Below, piece by piece: positions 19,735-29,046 of a stretch of DNA of 64,000 bases. The notes below the pieces were generated by a model, which worked only from the letters and a program-made list of their open reading frames with translations, did no database searches and was not told where the DNA came from. Position numbers and translations under genes: made by a program. The stretch is from an uncultured Candidatus Binatia bacterium (GTDB taxonomy: Bacteria > Desulfobacterota > Binatia > UBA9968 > JAJDTQ01). The stretch is from assembly GCA_965213675.1 (NCBI GenBank), contig OZ243916.1, forward strand, positions 576,001 through 640,000, in the 5' to 3' direction. Each line of letters starts with the position of its first letter. Position 1 is the stretch's first letter.

Positions 19735-21183
19735 CTATTCCCGCACCACCCAAAGGTCCATGAAGTCCCGCACGCGCATGGGTTCCAGGAGGTCGCGAGA
19801 GGCGCACGCCGTGAGGATTGCCGCGCACTCGCCCGCGGGGAGGCGCGCGTCCAGGTGGCGCTGAAACTTCGCCTCCAGCAGCGGCACCGCCTCGCCGCGA
19901 CGCCTGCGGTGTCCGATGGGGTAGGCCACCTCCACCCGCGCCGTGGCGCTGCCGTCCCTGAAGTGCACCTGCACGGCGTTGCCGATGGCGCGCTTGTCCG
20001 GGTCCATGTAGTCCACGGTGAATTGCGGATTCTCCCGCACTTCCATCTTGTCGCGCAGGGCATCGATGCGCGGGTCCTGCGCCGCTTCGTCCTCATAATG
20101 CCGCGCGGTGAGAGCGCCGTGGATCAACGGGACGGCCACCATGTACTGAAGGCAATGGTCCCGGTCCGCGGGGTTGTCCAGCGGGCCGGTCTTGTCGATG
20201 ATGCGTGAACCCGCCTCCTGGGTCTCGATGACCACTCGCTCCACCGCGTCGAGCCGGTCCTTGACCGCGCCGTGCAACGCCAGCGCCGCTTCCACCGCGG
20301 TCTGGGCGTGAAACTCCGCGGGAAACGAGATCTTGAACAGCACGTTCTCCATGACGTAGCCGCCGTAGGGCTGGCTGAACGAGAACGGGCGGCCCTTGAA
20401 GAGTACGTCGTACCAGCCCCAGCCCTTGGCGGAGAGCGCCGAGGGATAGCCCATCTCCCCCTGAAGCGCCATCAACGCCAGGCGCACGGCGCGACTGGCG
20501 GCGTCGCCCGCGGCCCAACTCTTGCGCGAGCCGGTGTTGGGGGCGTGGCGGTAGGCGCGCAGGGCGCCGCCGTCGATCCAGGCGTTGGAGAGGGCGTTTA
20601 CCACCTGCTCCTGCGAACCGCCCAACAGGGCCGCGGCCACCGCGGTGCTGGCCACCCGCACCAGCAGCACGTGGTCCAGGCCCACGCGGTTGAAACTGTT
20701 CTCCAGGGCCATGACGCCCTGGATCTCGTGAGCCTGGATCATGCTCGTCAGCACGTCGCCCATGGTGACGCCGCCGCCCTCGCCCGCGCGCCGGTCGAGG
20801 TAATCCGCCACCGCCAGGATCGCCCCCAGGTTGTCCGAGGGATGGCCCCATTCCGCGGCCAGAAAGGTGTCGTTGAAGTCGAGCCAGCGGATCATGGCGC
20901 CGATGTTGAAAGCGGCCTGGACCGGGTCGAGTTCCCATTCCGTGCCGGGGACGCGGGCGCCTCCGGGCATGACCGCGCCGGGCACCACCGGCCCCAGCAG
21001 CCGGGTGCACGCCGGAAACTCCAGCGCCGCCAGGGCGCAGCCCAGGCTGTCCATGAGACACAGACGCGCGGTCTCCCGCGCCTCGTTGGAGAAAGGTCCG
21101 CCCGAAAGGGCGTACGACGCCATGTCGGAGAGGACCGCATCGGGCCGGGGCCGCTGGGCGTCGCGCACGGAAAAGTGGGTCAT
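19735..21183 (-). CDS. prpD: 2-methylcitrate dehydratase
   Basis: [73 protein letters not shown]; adjacent to prpB. Confidence 0.96.
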   Translation of the reverse strand: MTHFSVRDAQRPRPDAVLSDMASYALSGGPFSNEARETARLCLMDSLGCALAALEFPACTRLLGPVVPGAVMPGGARVPGTEWELDPVQAAFNIGAMIRWLDFNDTFLAAEWGHPSDNLGAILAVADYLDRRAGEGGGVTMGDVLTSMIQAHEIQGVMALENSFNRVGLDHVLLVRVASTAVAAALLGGSQEQVVNALSNAWIDGGALRAYRHAPNTGSRKSWAAGDAASRAVRLALMALQGEMGYPSALSAKGWGWYDVLFKGRPFSFSQPYGGYVMENVLFKISFPAEFHAQTAVEAALALHGAVKDRLDAVERVVIETQEAGSRIIDKTGPLDNPADRDHCLQYMVAVPLIHGALTARHYEDEAAQDPRIDALRDKMEVRENPQFTVDYMDPDKRAIGNAVQVHFRDGSATARVEVAYPIGHRRRRGEAVPLLEAKFQRHLDARLPAGECAAILTACASRDLLEPMRVRDFMDLWVVRE

Positions 21184-21209
21184 GGTGAAGCCGTGGAAGC
21201 GATGGGCGG

Positions 21210-22091
21210 CTATTCCTTGCGGAACAGGGCGTCCAGTTTCTGCTCGTAGGCGTGGTAGCCAAGCACGTCGTAGAGCTGCTCGCGGGTCTGCATCCCTTCG
21301 ATCACACCGCTCTGGGTGCCGTCCTCGCGGATGACCTGGTAGACGTTCATGGCGGCTTGGCTCATGGCGCGGAACGCGGACAGGGGATAGAGCACGAGCC
21401 CGACCCCGGCCTCGCGCAACTCGTCCACGCCGAAGAGCGGCGTGCGCCCGAACTCGGTCAGGTTGGCCAGCACCGGTACGTCCACGCCGGCGCAGAAGGC
21501 GCGGTAGTCGTCCAGCGTTTGCACCGCTTCGGGAAAGATCATGTCCGCCCCGGCGTCGACGTAACGCCGCACCCGCTCCAGCGCGGCCTCCAGGCCCTCG
21601 CTGGCGAAGGCGTCGGTGCGCGCCATGATGACGAATTGGTCGTCGATGCGTCCGTCGACCGCCGCCTTGATGCGGTCCACCATCTCGCCGGTGGAGACGA
21701 TCTGCTTGTTGGGCCGGTGGCCGCAGCGTTTGGCCTGAACCTGGTCTTCCATGTGCACAGCCGCCGCCTGGGCGCGGATCATCTCGCGGATGGCGCGGGA
21801 GATATTGAAGGCCGTGCCCCAGCCGGTGTCGATGTCCACGAGCAGCGGCAGCGGGCTTGCCGCGGTGAGCCGGCGCACGTCTTCGAGCACGTCGTTCAGG
21901 GTGGTGACGCCCAGATCCGGCTGGGCAAAGGATGCGTTGGCGACTCCCGCGCCGGACAGGTAGAGCGCCCGGAAGCCCTGCCGCTCGGCCAGCAGCGCGC
22001 AGTAGGCGTTGATGGCGCCGACGACCTGAAGCGGGCGTTCTTCCCGAACCGCGCGCCGGAACGCCGCGCCCGGTGATCTCTCGTGTTCCAT
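21210..22091 (-). CDS. prpB: Methylisocitrate lyase
   Basis: [19 protein letters not shown][11 protein letters not shown], [21 protein letters not shown]; start MEHERSPG. Confidence 0.95.
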   Translation of the reverse strand: MEHERSPGAAFRRAVREERPLQVVGAINAYCALLAERQGFRALYLSGAGVANASFAQPDLGVTTLNDVLEDVRRLTAASPLPLLVDIDTGWGTAFNISRAIREMIRAQAAAVHMEDQVQAKRCGHRPNKQIVSTGEMVDRIKAAVDGRIDDQFVIMARTDAFASEGLEAALERVRRYVDAGADMIFPEAVQTLDDYRAFCAGVDVPVLANLTEFGRTPLFGVDELREAGVGLVLYPLSAFRAMSQAAMNVYQVIREDGTQSGVIEGMQTREQLYDVLGYHAYEQKLDALFRKE

Positions 22092-22123
22092 GTTCGTGGT
22101 GTCCCGGTGTGTCCCTGCAACGC

Positions 22124-22774
22124 TCAGAAGTAGGACAGGTCCAGTGCGCCCACCCGCTGCAGGTGGGTGACGTCGCCCCAGGTCTCCAGCCCCCAGGCGC
22201 CGTCCTGAAATCTGAACCGGTTGACGCTGGCGTTCTTGAAGGAGAAACGCCGCGGCGCGTCCAGGGAGATGTCCAGCGTGTGGCGGAACAGGGCGCTCAG
22301 GACGCCGCCGTGGGTGACCACCATGATCACGTCGCCGGCGTGACGCCGCGCCAGTTCTTCCAGGCACCGCATGTTCCGCGCGGTTTGCTGCCGGAAGCTC
22401 TCGCCCTGGGGCACCGCGTGGTCGGCGCCGCCGTTCCGGTGTTCCTGGTACTCCGTCGGATAGCGCCGGCGGATCTCGTCGCCGTCGAGCCCCTGAAAGA
22501 TGCCGAGATGGCGCTCGCGCAGGCGCGCGTCGGCAACCACTTCGTGGCCGGTCTTCTCGGCGATGGCCTTGGCGGTCTCATAGGCCCGGCCCAGGTCGCT
22601 GCTGTAGATGGCGCTGCAACTCTCCGGGGTGAAGCGCTGCGCCAGCGCTTCCGCCTGGGCGCGCCCCTTGGGCGTGAGCGTGCTGTCGAGGTGGCCCTGG
22701 CGCCGGCCCTCGGTGTTCCACTCGGTTTCGCCGTGCCGCACCACGATGACGTCGGTCGCGTCCATGCGGGACAT
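22124..22774 (-). CDS. Histidine phosphatase (phosphoglycerate mutase-like) family protein
   Basis: [32 protein letters not shown]. Confidence 0.9.
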   Translation of the reverse strand: MSRMDATDVIVVRHGETEWNTEGRRQGHLDSTLTPKGRAQAEALAQRFTPESCSAIYSSDLGRAYETAKAIAEKTGHEVVADARLRERHLGIFQGLDGDEIRRRYPTEYQEHRNGGADHAVPQGESFRQQTARNMRCLEELARRHAGDVIMVVTHGGVLSALFRHTLDISLDAPRRFSFKNASVNRFRFQDGAWGLETWGDVTHLQRVGALDLSYF

Positions 22775-22875
22775 CCTAGCCAATGGACCTTGAAATTTCT
22801 ATCGGAATGGAGGATAGGCCAACGGAAGCGCTGGCCGTATGCGCTCCACATCATTCGTCCCCAAGGAGGAGAACC

Positions 22876-23313
22876 ATGGAAGCCAAGACCTTTTCCGTCA
22901 AGACGCCCTGCATCACCGGCGGCCGCAGCCACATGCCCCTGGTGCGGACCGACGTGCTCATGAGCGGCCTCAACTACTACGCGCCCGGCCGCAAGAACAA
23001 ACTGCACACCCACCCGGGCGAGGACCACATGTTCGTGGTGCTGGACGGCGAAGCCACCTTCTTCGACAAGGAACAGAAGGCTACGGTGCTGGGCAAGGGA
23101 GACGGCATCCTTCTCCCGGAAGGCCACTACTACCAGTTCGAGAGCACCGGCGACACGGCGCTGGCGTTGCTGCGCTTCGCCGCCTACAAGCCGGATCGGA
23201 AAGACATCCGGCGCGTGGACGCCACCGGCGAAAACTCCCGCACGGAGGATGAGATGGATTACGTGTGCGTGGACGGCGACCCCGTCGAGGGCCAGGAGTG
23301 GACGCTGAGTTGA
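22876..23313 (+). CDS. Cupin domain protein
   Basis: LHTHPGEDHMFVVLDG...LP-G-YY-F; RBS AAGGAGG. Confidence 0.8.
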   Translation: MEAKTFSVKTPCITGGRSHMPLVRTDVLMSGLNYYAPGRKNKLHTHPGEDHMFVVLDGEATFFDKEQKATVLGKGDGILLPEGHYYQFESTGDTALALLRFAAYKPDRKDIRRVDATGENSRTEDEMDYVCVDGDPVEGQEWTLS

Positions 23314-23444
23314 TCCAGGACCGGGCGACGGCGGCGTGCCGGTTCGCCCCTCGGCGTGGTCGATGCCCGGATCGATATCCGCCCCGCGCCAGTCCGGAAG
23401 AAGCCGTACATCCCGCACGGTTGAAGCGTATCTCAGGGAGTGGT

Positions 23445-23520
23445 TGGTGAGCCGTGCCGGGATCGAACCGGCGACCCTCTGCTTAAAAGGCAGATGCTCT
23501 ACCTGCTGAGCTAACGGCTC
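23445..23520 (-). tRNA. tRNA-Lys(UUU)
   Basis: 76-nt cloverleaf GAGCCGT...ACGGCTC-ACCA, anticodon loop CTTTTAA, T-loop GGTTCGATCC. Confidence 0.97.
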
Positions 23521-23570
23521 GCGGTGGGGATGCGGCGGCGCGGTGGCCACCGCGCCGACAAGTGGATATC

Positions 23571-23600
23571 AGTCTACCAGTGCGTCGCGGCAGCGTGCAA
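23571..23600 (-). promoter_or_regulatory. Promoter of tRNA-Lys
   Basis: Minus strand TTGCAC-N18-TAGACT with extended -10 TG. Confidence 0.55.
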
Positions 23601-23699
23601 GGCAGACGCCTGCGCCATCCTCGTCATGCGGCTCGCGTTCTGGTAGAGAGCCACGAAACCCGCCAGCTTCCAAGACACCGGTCGAGAGGAGATCCGTCA

Positions 23700-24788
23700 A
23701 TGCTTTTGATTGCCGATCCTGACGTACAACAAGTCCTTCGGGTGGAGGACATCATCGACGACATGGAGCGGGCCTTTGCCGAGGAAGCGCGCGGCATCGC
23801 CGTCAACAAGCCGCGTACGCGCTACAAGGTGCCGCCGGATCCGGACTCCGACGGCTACATGGCCAACATCATTCCCGGCGCGGTGCCGAGTTCCGGGGTG
23901 GCGGCGCTCCGCTATGATTCCATGGTGGTGCGGGAGCGGATGGTGGAGGGGCTCAAACGCATGGATTACCCGTATCCGGCGCGCCGGAGCTGGGGCTTCG
24001 TGCTGCTGTTCAACCTGGAGGACGCGGAGCCCCTGGCCATCATTCACGACTTCAGCCTGTCGGCGATACGGGTGGGCGCCACCACCGGGGTGGCCACGCG
24101 CGCGCTGTCGCGGGAGGACAGCCGGGTGGTGGGGCTCTTCGGCTCGGGCAACGAGGCGGTGCAGAACCTTGCGGCCATCTGCGCGGTGCGGGACGTGCGC
24201 GAGGTGCGCGTGTACAGTGTCACCAAAGAGCACCGGGAACGGTTCGCCATGGAGATGACCGGCCGGCTCGACATCCAGGTGCGGCCGGTGGACAACGCCC
24301 GGGCCGTGGTGGAAGGCGCGGACATCGTCATGTGCGCCACCAACGCCAGCACGCCGGTGTTCGACGGCGACTGGCTGGTACCCGGCCAGATGGTCACCAC
24401 CATCGTCAACACCGACGGGGTACACCGGCGCACCGAGGCGGACGCCGCCACGTTTACGCGCGCCGATCTCATCGTGCTCAACAACAAGGAAACGTCCCTG
24501 CACAATCAGCAGCGCGAGATGCTCGACCTCATCGACGAGGGCAGGATCGGGTGGGACAGGATCTGCGAGTTGGGTCAGGTTCTCATCGGCGACAACCCGG
24601 GCCGAAAGAGCGCGGACGACATCATCTACTACAAGAGCAACACCGGGGTCGGAATCCAGTTCGCCGCCGCCGGCGCGGTGATCTACGAGGAATGCAAGAA
24701 GCGGGGGCTCGGACGCGAGTTGCCCACCGAGTGGTTCGGCGCCGACCTGGGCGAGTGGCTGGACAAGGGGTACTCGCCGTCGCCGTAG
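23700..24788 (+). CDS. Ornithine cyclodeaminase/mu-crystallin family protein (paralog 2)
   Basis: AALRYDS, IRVGATT, FGSGNEA, ADIVMCATN, GVGIQFAA. Confidence 0.88.
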   Translation: MLLIADPDVQQVLRVEDIIDDMERAFAEEARGIAVNKPRTRYKVPPDPDSDGYMANIIPGAVPSSGVAALRYDSMVVRERMVEGLKRMDYPYPARRSWGFVLLFNLEDAEPLAIIHDFSLSAIRVGATTGVATRALSREDSRVVGLFGSGNEAVQNLAAICAVRDVREVRVYSVTKEHRERFAMEMTGRLDIQVRPVDNARAVVEGADIVMCATNASTPVFDGDWLVPGQMVTTIVNTDGVHRRTEADAATFTRADLIVLNNKETSLHNQQREMLDLIDEGRIGWDRICELGQVLIGDNPGRKSADDIIYYKSNTGVGIQFAAAGAVIYEECKKRGLGRELPTEWFGADLGEWLDKGYSPSP

Positions 24789-24895
24789 GCGGACGCGCGG
24801 CTCCACGACGCGGCCGTGCAAACCCGGGACCTGGCCGGCGGCATCAGGGTCGTCGACATCGAACCCCTGCCCGTGCCCTTGCGGGAAGGGCTGGA

Positions 24896-24913
24896 TAACA
24901 GACACCACACTAG
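24896..24913 (-). repeat. Isolated terminus of the dispersed element (CTAGTGTGGTGTCTGTTA) overlapping a TAG stop
   Basis: Reverse complement matches 13192-13210 (CTAGTGTGGTGTCTGGTTA) except for a 1-nt indel; its TAG is the stop codon of paralog 3. Confidence 0.6.
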
Positions 24914-26025
24914 AACAGGTCCGGAAACAGGTCCTCCGGTATCTCCCGTCCGAGTCCCTGGCTCACCGCCGCCTCGTACACCTTGCCCGCAAGGGCGGCG
25001 AACTGCAGACCGAAGCCGACGCTGTTGTTGAAGCAGGTGATCTGCTCGGAGTCGGTGCGGCCGGGGTGGCGGTTGAGCAGCAGGTCGGGCAGGTCGGGGG
25101 CGTGGGCCCAGTCGATGTCCACGGCTTCGCCGGGCGGGTAGCCCTTGTCGATATCCAGCAGGACCCGCGGGGGCAGAGGTCCCTTGTCGTTCCGGGCTAC
25201 GAAGACCATCGGCCCGAGGTTGTCCCGGGAGTTGACGGCGAGCACGTCGAAACGGTTGAAGGTCTCCGGCGCGATCTCGCAATGGCGCACCGAGCACACG
25301 TACATGCCGGGCTCCAGCCAGGCGCTTTGGATCACCGGCGTCAGGGCGTTGGTGGCGATGATGACGATGTCGCTGCCGCGCATGGCTTTTTCGGCGCTGT
25401 CCACGGCCGCCACATCCGGACGATTCTCCCACCGCGGATCCTCGACGAAACGCTTGCGGTGGTCCGCGTTGGGGCTGAAGACCCGGATGGATCGGATCCC
25501 GCCGGTGGCGTGCAGCATGGCTTCCACGTGCGCCCCGGCCATGAAACCGGTGCCGAGCACTCCCACGCTGGCGGCGTCGGGCCTGGCAAGATATGTGGCC
25601 GCAAGACCCGCGGCGGCGCCTACCCGGAGATTGCGAATGTGCCCCTCGCTGACCAGGGCGAGCAGGTCGCCGTTCTCCAGGCTGAACAGAAACAGCAAGC
25701 CCCGCGTGACGCTGTGGGACCGGCGCGTGCCCGGGGTCCGGTCCCGGCGAAAGCTGCCGGCGCGCTCCTGCCAGAAAAGCTTGTCGGTGAGGAACCGGAT
25801 GGCCGCGTACTTCCGCGTGGCGGCGGACATGGTCTTCAGGCTGTGGGCGCCGGGCAGCGTGTTGCCGTCCACGTCCACGTAGGAATCGGGCGTCAGCAGA
25901 TCGATCCGCGGGCTTGTGACGGCGGCGCCGGCGCCGAGATCCCGGTAGGCTTCCTCAAGGGCCGCCAGACTCGTGGGCATGTCCAGAAGCCGTTCGGCGT
26001 CGTTGTGGTCAATGGCGAGTATCAT
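24910..26025 (-). CDS. Ornithine cyclodeaminase/mu-crystallin family protein (paralog 3)
   Basis: AAIRF, LRVGAAAG, LGTGFMA, SDIVIIATN, GFGLQFAA. Confidence 0.88.
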   Translation of the reverse strand: MILAIDHNDAERLLDMPTSLAALEEAYRDLGAGAAVTSPRIDLLTPDSYVDVDGNTLPGAHSLKTMSAATRKYAAIRFLTDKLFWQERAGSFRRDRTPGTRRSHSVTRGLLFLFSLENGDLLALVSEGHIRNLRVGAAAGLAATYLARPDAASVGVLGTGFMAGAHVEAMLHATGGIRSIRVFSPNADHRKRFVEDPRWENRPDVAAVDSAEKAMRGSDIVIIATNALTPVIQSAWLEPGMYVCSVRHCEIAPETFNRFDVLAVNSRDNLGPMVFVARNDKGPLPPRVLLDIDKGYPPGEAVDIDWAHAPDLPDLLLNRHPGRTDSEQITCFNNSVGFGLQFAALAGKVYEAAVSQGLGREIPEDLFPDLF

Positions 26026-26321
26026 GTGCATTCCTCTGACAATGGAACGTTGGCGATTGGATTCAGGGGCGTTCCGCCGAGGCCGGGGGAGCGCCGATGA
26101 TTCCCGAAGGCTGGCGCGTTGTCAAGACGCCGGCGCCATGCCTCGGCGTCGATTGATGGATTGCCAAAAATGCAAACCCGTATAACGTTCCAGATATTTC
26201 TCGTAGTTGTGTCGTGCAACAAACTCTATGATTCCCGAGTGTGTTTATGTATACTCCCCGCGATTGGCCGAAGGGGCAGGGCCACAGGCACGTTGCGGAG
26301 ACCCACGACAGGAGGCGTAGA

Positions 26322-26888
26322 ATGGCACTCGATCCGGCAGCCACTGCCAGCACATTCGACCGTTACATCGAGGAGCTTCGCGCGCTGTGGAAGGACAGCA
26401 ACGACGTGAATCTTCCCTTCAAGGTGAAGGCCGCCATGGAGCGGATGCTCGCATCCACGAGTCCCGACGATCCGTGGATGGCGGAGATCATCGGGGACGC
26501 CAAGCCGTCGCGGGAACTCTACCGGGATCCGGAGTACGGATTCGTCCAGATGGGTCACGTCCATCCCCAAGGGCACGGCAATCTGCCCCATGACCACGGC
26601 CCTTGCTGGGTGGTCTACGGCGCCTATCAGGGACTGACGGAGATCAGCCTGTACGAGCGTGTCGACGACGGCAGGAACGCGGACAGGGCGGACCTGCGCA
26701 CCACTGAGGTCCACAAGCTGGGAGCCGGCGTCGTCTACCCCTATCTGACCGGACAGATCCATTCGACGCACGCAGCCGAGACGCCCGCGGTGGTCTTTCG
26801 CTTCCTGAGCGCGGATCTCACCCGGATCCTGCGCCGGCGCTATGACGTCGAGACAGGCGAGGTATCGCTCATCGAGCCGCAGCCGTAA
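26322..26888 (+). CDS. Cysteine-dioxygenase-like metal-dependent cupin protein
   Basis: PHDHGPCWVVYGAYQG-T...GQIHS motif; RBS AGGAGG. Confidence 0.65.
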   Translation: MALDPAATASTFDRYIEELRALWKDSNDVNLPFKVKAAMERMLASTSPDDPWMAEIIGDAKPSRELYRDPEYGFVQMGHVHPQGHGNLPHDHGPCWVVYGAYQGLTEISLYERVDDGRNADRADLRTTEVHKLGAGVVYPYLTGQIHSTHAAETPAVVFRFLSADLTRILRRRYDVETGEVSLIEPQP

Positions 26889-27016
26889 CGGTTTGCCGCC
26901 AGAACCCGGGCATTCCCGGCCGCAGGATGCGCCCGGCGGCCGCAGCGAATGTGGCGCAGTCCGCGCGTGAATTGCAGGGCCGGTTCTCCGCCAGGCGCCG
27001 AAAGGAGTTGGAACGC

Positions 27017-27373
27017 ATGGACGTCGATATCAAGTGGGGCCGGAAGGACGGGCTCGTGATCGCCATGCTGGCCGGTCGTTTCAGCAGCGCCAACGCGCCC
27101 CTGTTCGAAAGCCTGTTGGAGAACGGAATCGACCCGTCCGACCACGCGTTGATCCTGGACTTCGAGCACGTGACCTTCCTGAGCAGCGCGGGTCTCCGAG
27201 TCGTCCTGAGCATTGGCCGGCAGTTCAACAAGCCGGGAAAGAAGTACGCCATGTGCGCCCTTCAGGAAGGGGTTCGCGGTATTGTCAAACTCAGCGGCAT
27301 AGACAGGTTGATCCCGGTATACGACACGCAGACATCGGCGGTGGCCGCGTACGAAGCAAAACCGTCTCCGTGA
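27017..27373 (+). CDS. STAS domain anti-sigma factor antagonist
   Basis: LAGRF, LILDFEHVTFLSSAGLR (phospho-acceptor Ser), LSGIDRLIPVY. Confidence 0.9.
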   Translation: MDVDIKWGRKDGLVIAMLAGRFSSANAPLFESLLENGIDPSDHALILDFEHVTFLSSAGLRVVLSIGRQFNKPGKKYAMCALQEGVRGIVKLSGIDRLIPVYDTQTSAVAAYEAKPSP

Positions 27374-27440
27374 GTTTCGCACAGGGCCCGTCTTGACGGA
27401 TGCCGTGTTCCCCGCCGCATTCCCTTTGATCTCCTGGCCG

Positions 27441-27579
27441 CTTGCGCCGCAGGAATTCACGGCTGCTTGTCCGTTCTCATCCGTCTTTTCGGCCGCTGGA
27501 TTTCGTCAAATTTGACCTGAAATTCTCCTCATTCCACTTGCCGAAGGGATGGCGATCGCGAATTTACGCTTTCGCGAAT
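27441..27579. repeat. Dispersed palindromic element, copy 2 (inverted relative to copy 1)
   Basis: 113/139 identity to reverse complement of 13211-13349; same GTCAAATTTGAC core. Confidence 0.8.
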
Positions 27580-27634
27580 GCCTGCGGCGCAGGCTCCTGG
27601 ACAACGACGTGTCCGGGAATCCCGTCGAAGGTTC

Positions 27635-28990
27635 ATGGAGTTCGAGGAAATCGTCGTGAACGAACCCTACCCCGGCGCTCCCGAGAGCCGGATGATCGAA
27701 ACCGCCGCGCCCGAAGTCATCCGGCAGCTCCAGGGTGAACGCCTCGCCGCCCTCGTGCAGCGCGCTTGGGACCGCATCCCGTTCTACCGCCACCGCTGGG
27801 AAGCCTGCGGCCTCCAACCCGGCGACATCCGCGCCGCCGGCGACATCCGCAAGCTCCCGGTCATTCGCAAGAGCGACTTCGAGGACAGCCTGCGGCTGCA
27901 CCCGCCCTTCGGCGACTACCAGGGCGACTTCGCCGCGGTACGGGTGCAGGCCAGCTCCGGCACGTCGGGCAACCCCAAGCCGTTCTTCTTCACGCGGAAC
28001 GACTGGGACATCATCGCCAGGCTGTGGAGCCGGCGCTTCCACGCCCAGGGTGTCAGGGAACGGGACATCCTCCAGATCGTGTTTGCCTACACGCTGTTCA
28101 TCGTGGGCTTCACCGCGTCAGAGGGCGCCATGCGCCTGGGCGCGCTGGTGGTGCCCACCGGCAGCGGCAGCGTCACTCCGAGCGAGCGGCAGGTGAAGAT
28201 CGCCCGGGACTGGGGCACCACGGTTCTGGCCGGAACCCCGTCCTATGTGCTCCACCTGGCCGACGTGGCCGAGGCGCAGGGTCTCGACTTGAGAAAGGAC
28301 TTCCGCCTGCGCCGCACCATCCACACGTCCGAGACCATGACCGAGGCGGCGCGCCGGGCCATCGAGAGCCGCTGGGGCGTGACCGCCTACGACAACTTCG
28401 GCAGCGTCGAGACCGGCTCTCCCACGTTCGAGTGCGAGGAACGCAACGGCTACCACGTGAACGAGGACGCCTACATCTTCGAGGTGCTGGATCCGCGTAC
28501 CCACGAGCCGGCCGCCGCGGGCGAGGAGGGCGTGCTCGTGGTCACCTGCCTGTTCAAGGAGGCGGCGCCCGTCATCCGCTACAACATCGAGGACCTGTGC
28601 GCGTTCATCGAGGGCGCGTGCGGCTGCGGGCGCACCTTCCGGCGCATCTCCCGGCTGCGCGGGCGCCTGAGCGACATGGTCAAGGTGAGCGGCATCCCGT
28701 TCTACCCGACGTCGGTGGAGAGCGCGTTGGAGCGGCTGCCGCAGCTCACCCGCGAGTATCGTGTCACGGTGGATCGGGTGGGGCAGCAGGACCGCCTGAC
28801 GGTGGAGGTGGAAATGCGCCCCGGCTGCGAATCCGGCGACGGCATCCGGCGGCAACTGGAGCGGGAACTCAAGGTGGCCACGAACCTCACCATGGAGGCG
28901 GTGCTGTTGTCGCCCGGCGCACTGGCGCGTTCCCTGGGAGTGGAGAACCGCATCAAGGTGCGGCGCATCCGGGACCGCCGGCCGTCGTGA
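27635..28990 (+). CDS. Phenylacetate--CoA ligase (PaaK)-like acyl/aryl-CoA ligase
   Basis: ASSGTSGNPK P-loop, GTPSY, DNFGSVE, EEGVLVVT, P-x-IRY, GRLSDMVKVSG. Confidence 0.88.
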   Translation: MEFEEIVVNEPYPGAPESRMIETAAPEVIRQLQGERLAALVQRAWDRIPFYRHRWEACGLQPGDIRAAGDIRKLPVIRKSDFEDSLRLHPPFGDYQGDFAAVRVQASSGTSGNPKPFFFTRNDWDIIARLWSRRFHAQGVRERDILQIVFAYTLFIVGFTASEGAMRLGALVVPTGSGSVTPSERQVKIARDWGTTVLAGTPSYVLHLADVAEAQGLDLRKDFRLRRTIHTSETMTEAARRAIESRWGVTAYDNFGSVETGSPTFECEERNGYHVNEDAYIFEVLDPRTHEPAAAGEEGVLVVTCLFKEAAPVIRYNIEDLCAFIEGACGCGRTFRRISRLRGRLSDMVKVSGIPFYPTSVESALERLPQLTREYRVTVDRVGQQDRLTVEVEMRPGCESGDGIRRQLERELKVATNLTMEAVLLSPGALARSLGVENRIKVRRIRDRRPS

Positions 28991-29046
28991 CGCCCGCCCC
29001 CGGGCGCCGGTTTGCGGTACCGGGGTTTTCCGGTACCCCTGACATC

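Noticed and set aside
19735-22091. Incomplete methylcitrate cycle (no prpC) as a novelty
   Set aside because: prpC is often encoded elsewhere; absence from a 64-kb window is uninformative.
23445-23520. tRNA-Lys as an island integration site
   Set aside because: No integrase, and I found no duplicated tRNA 3' end in the window by eye.
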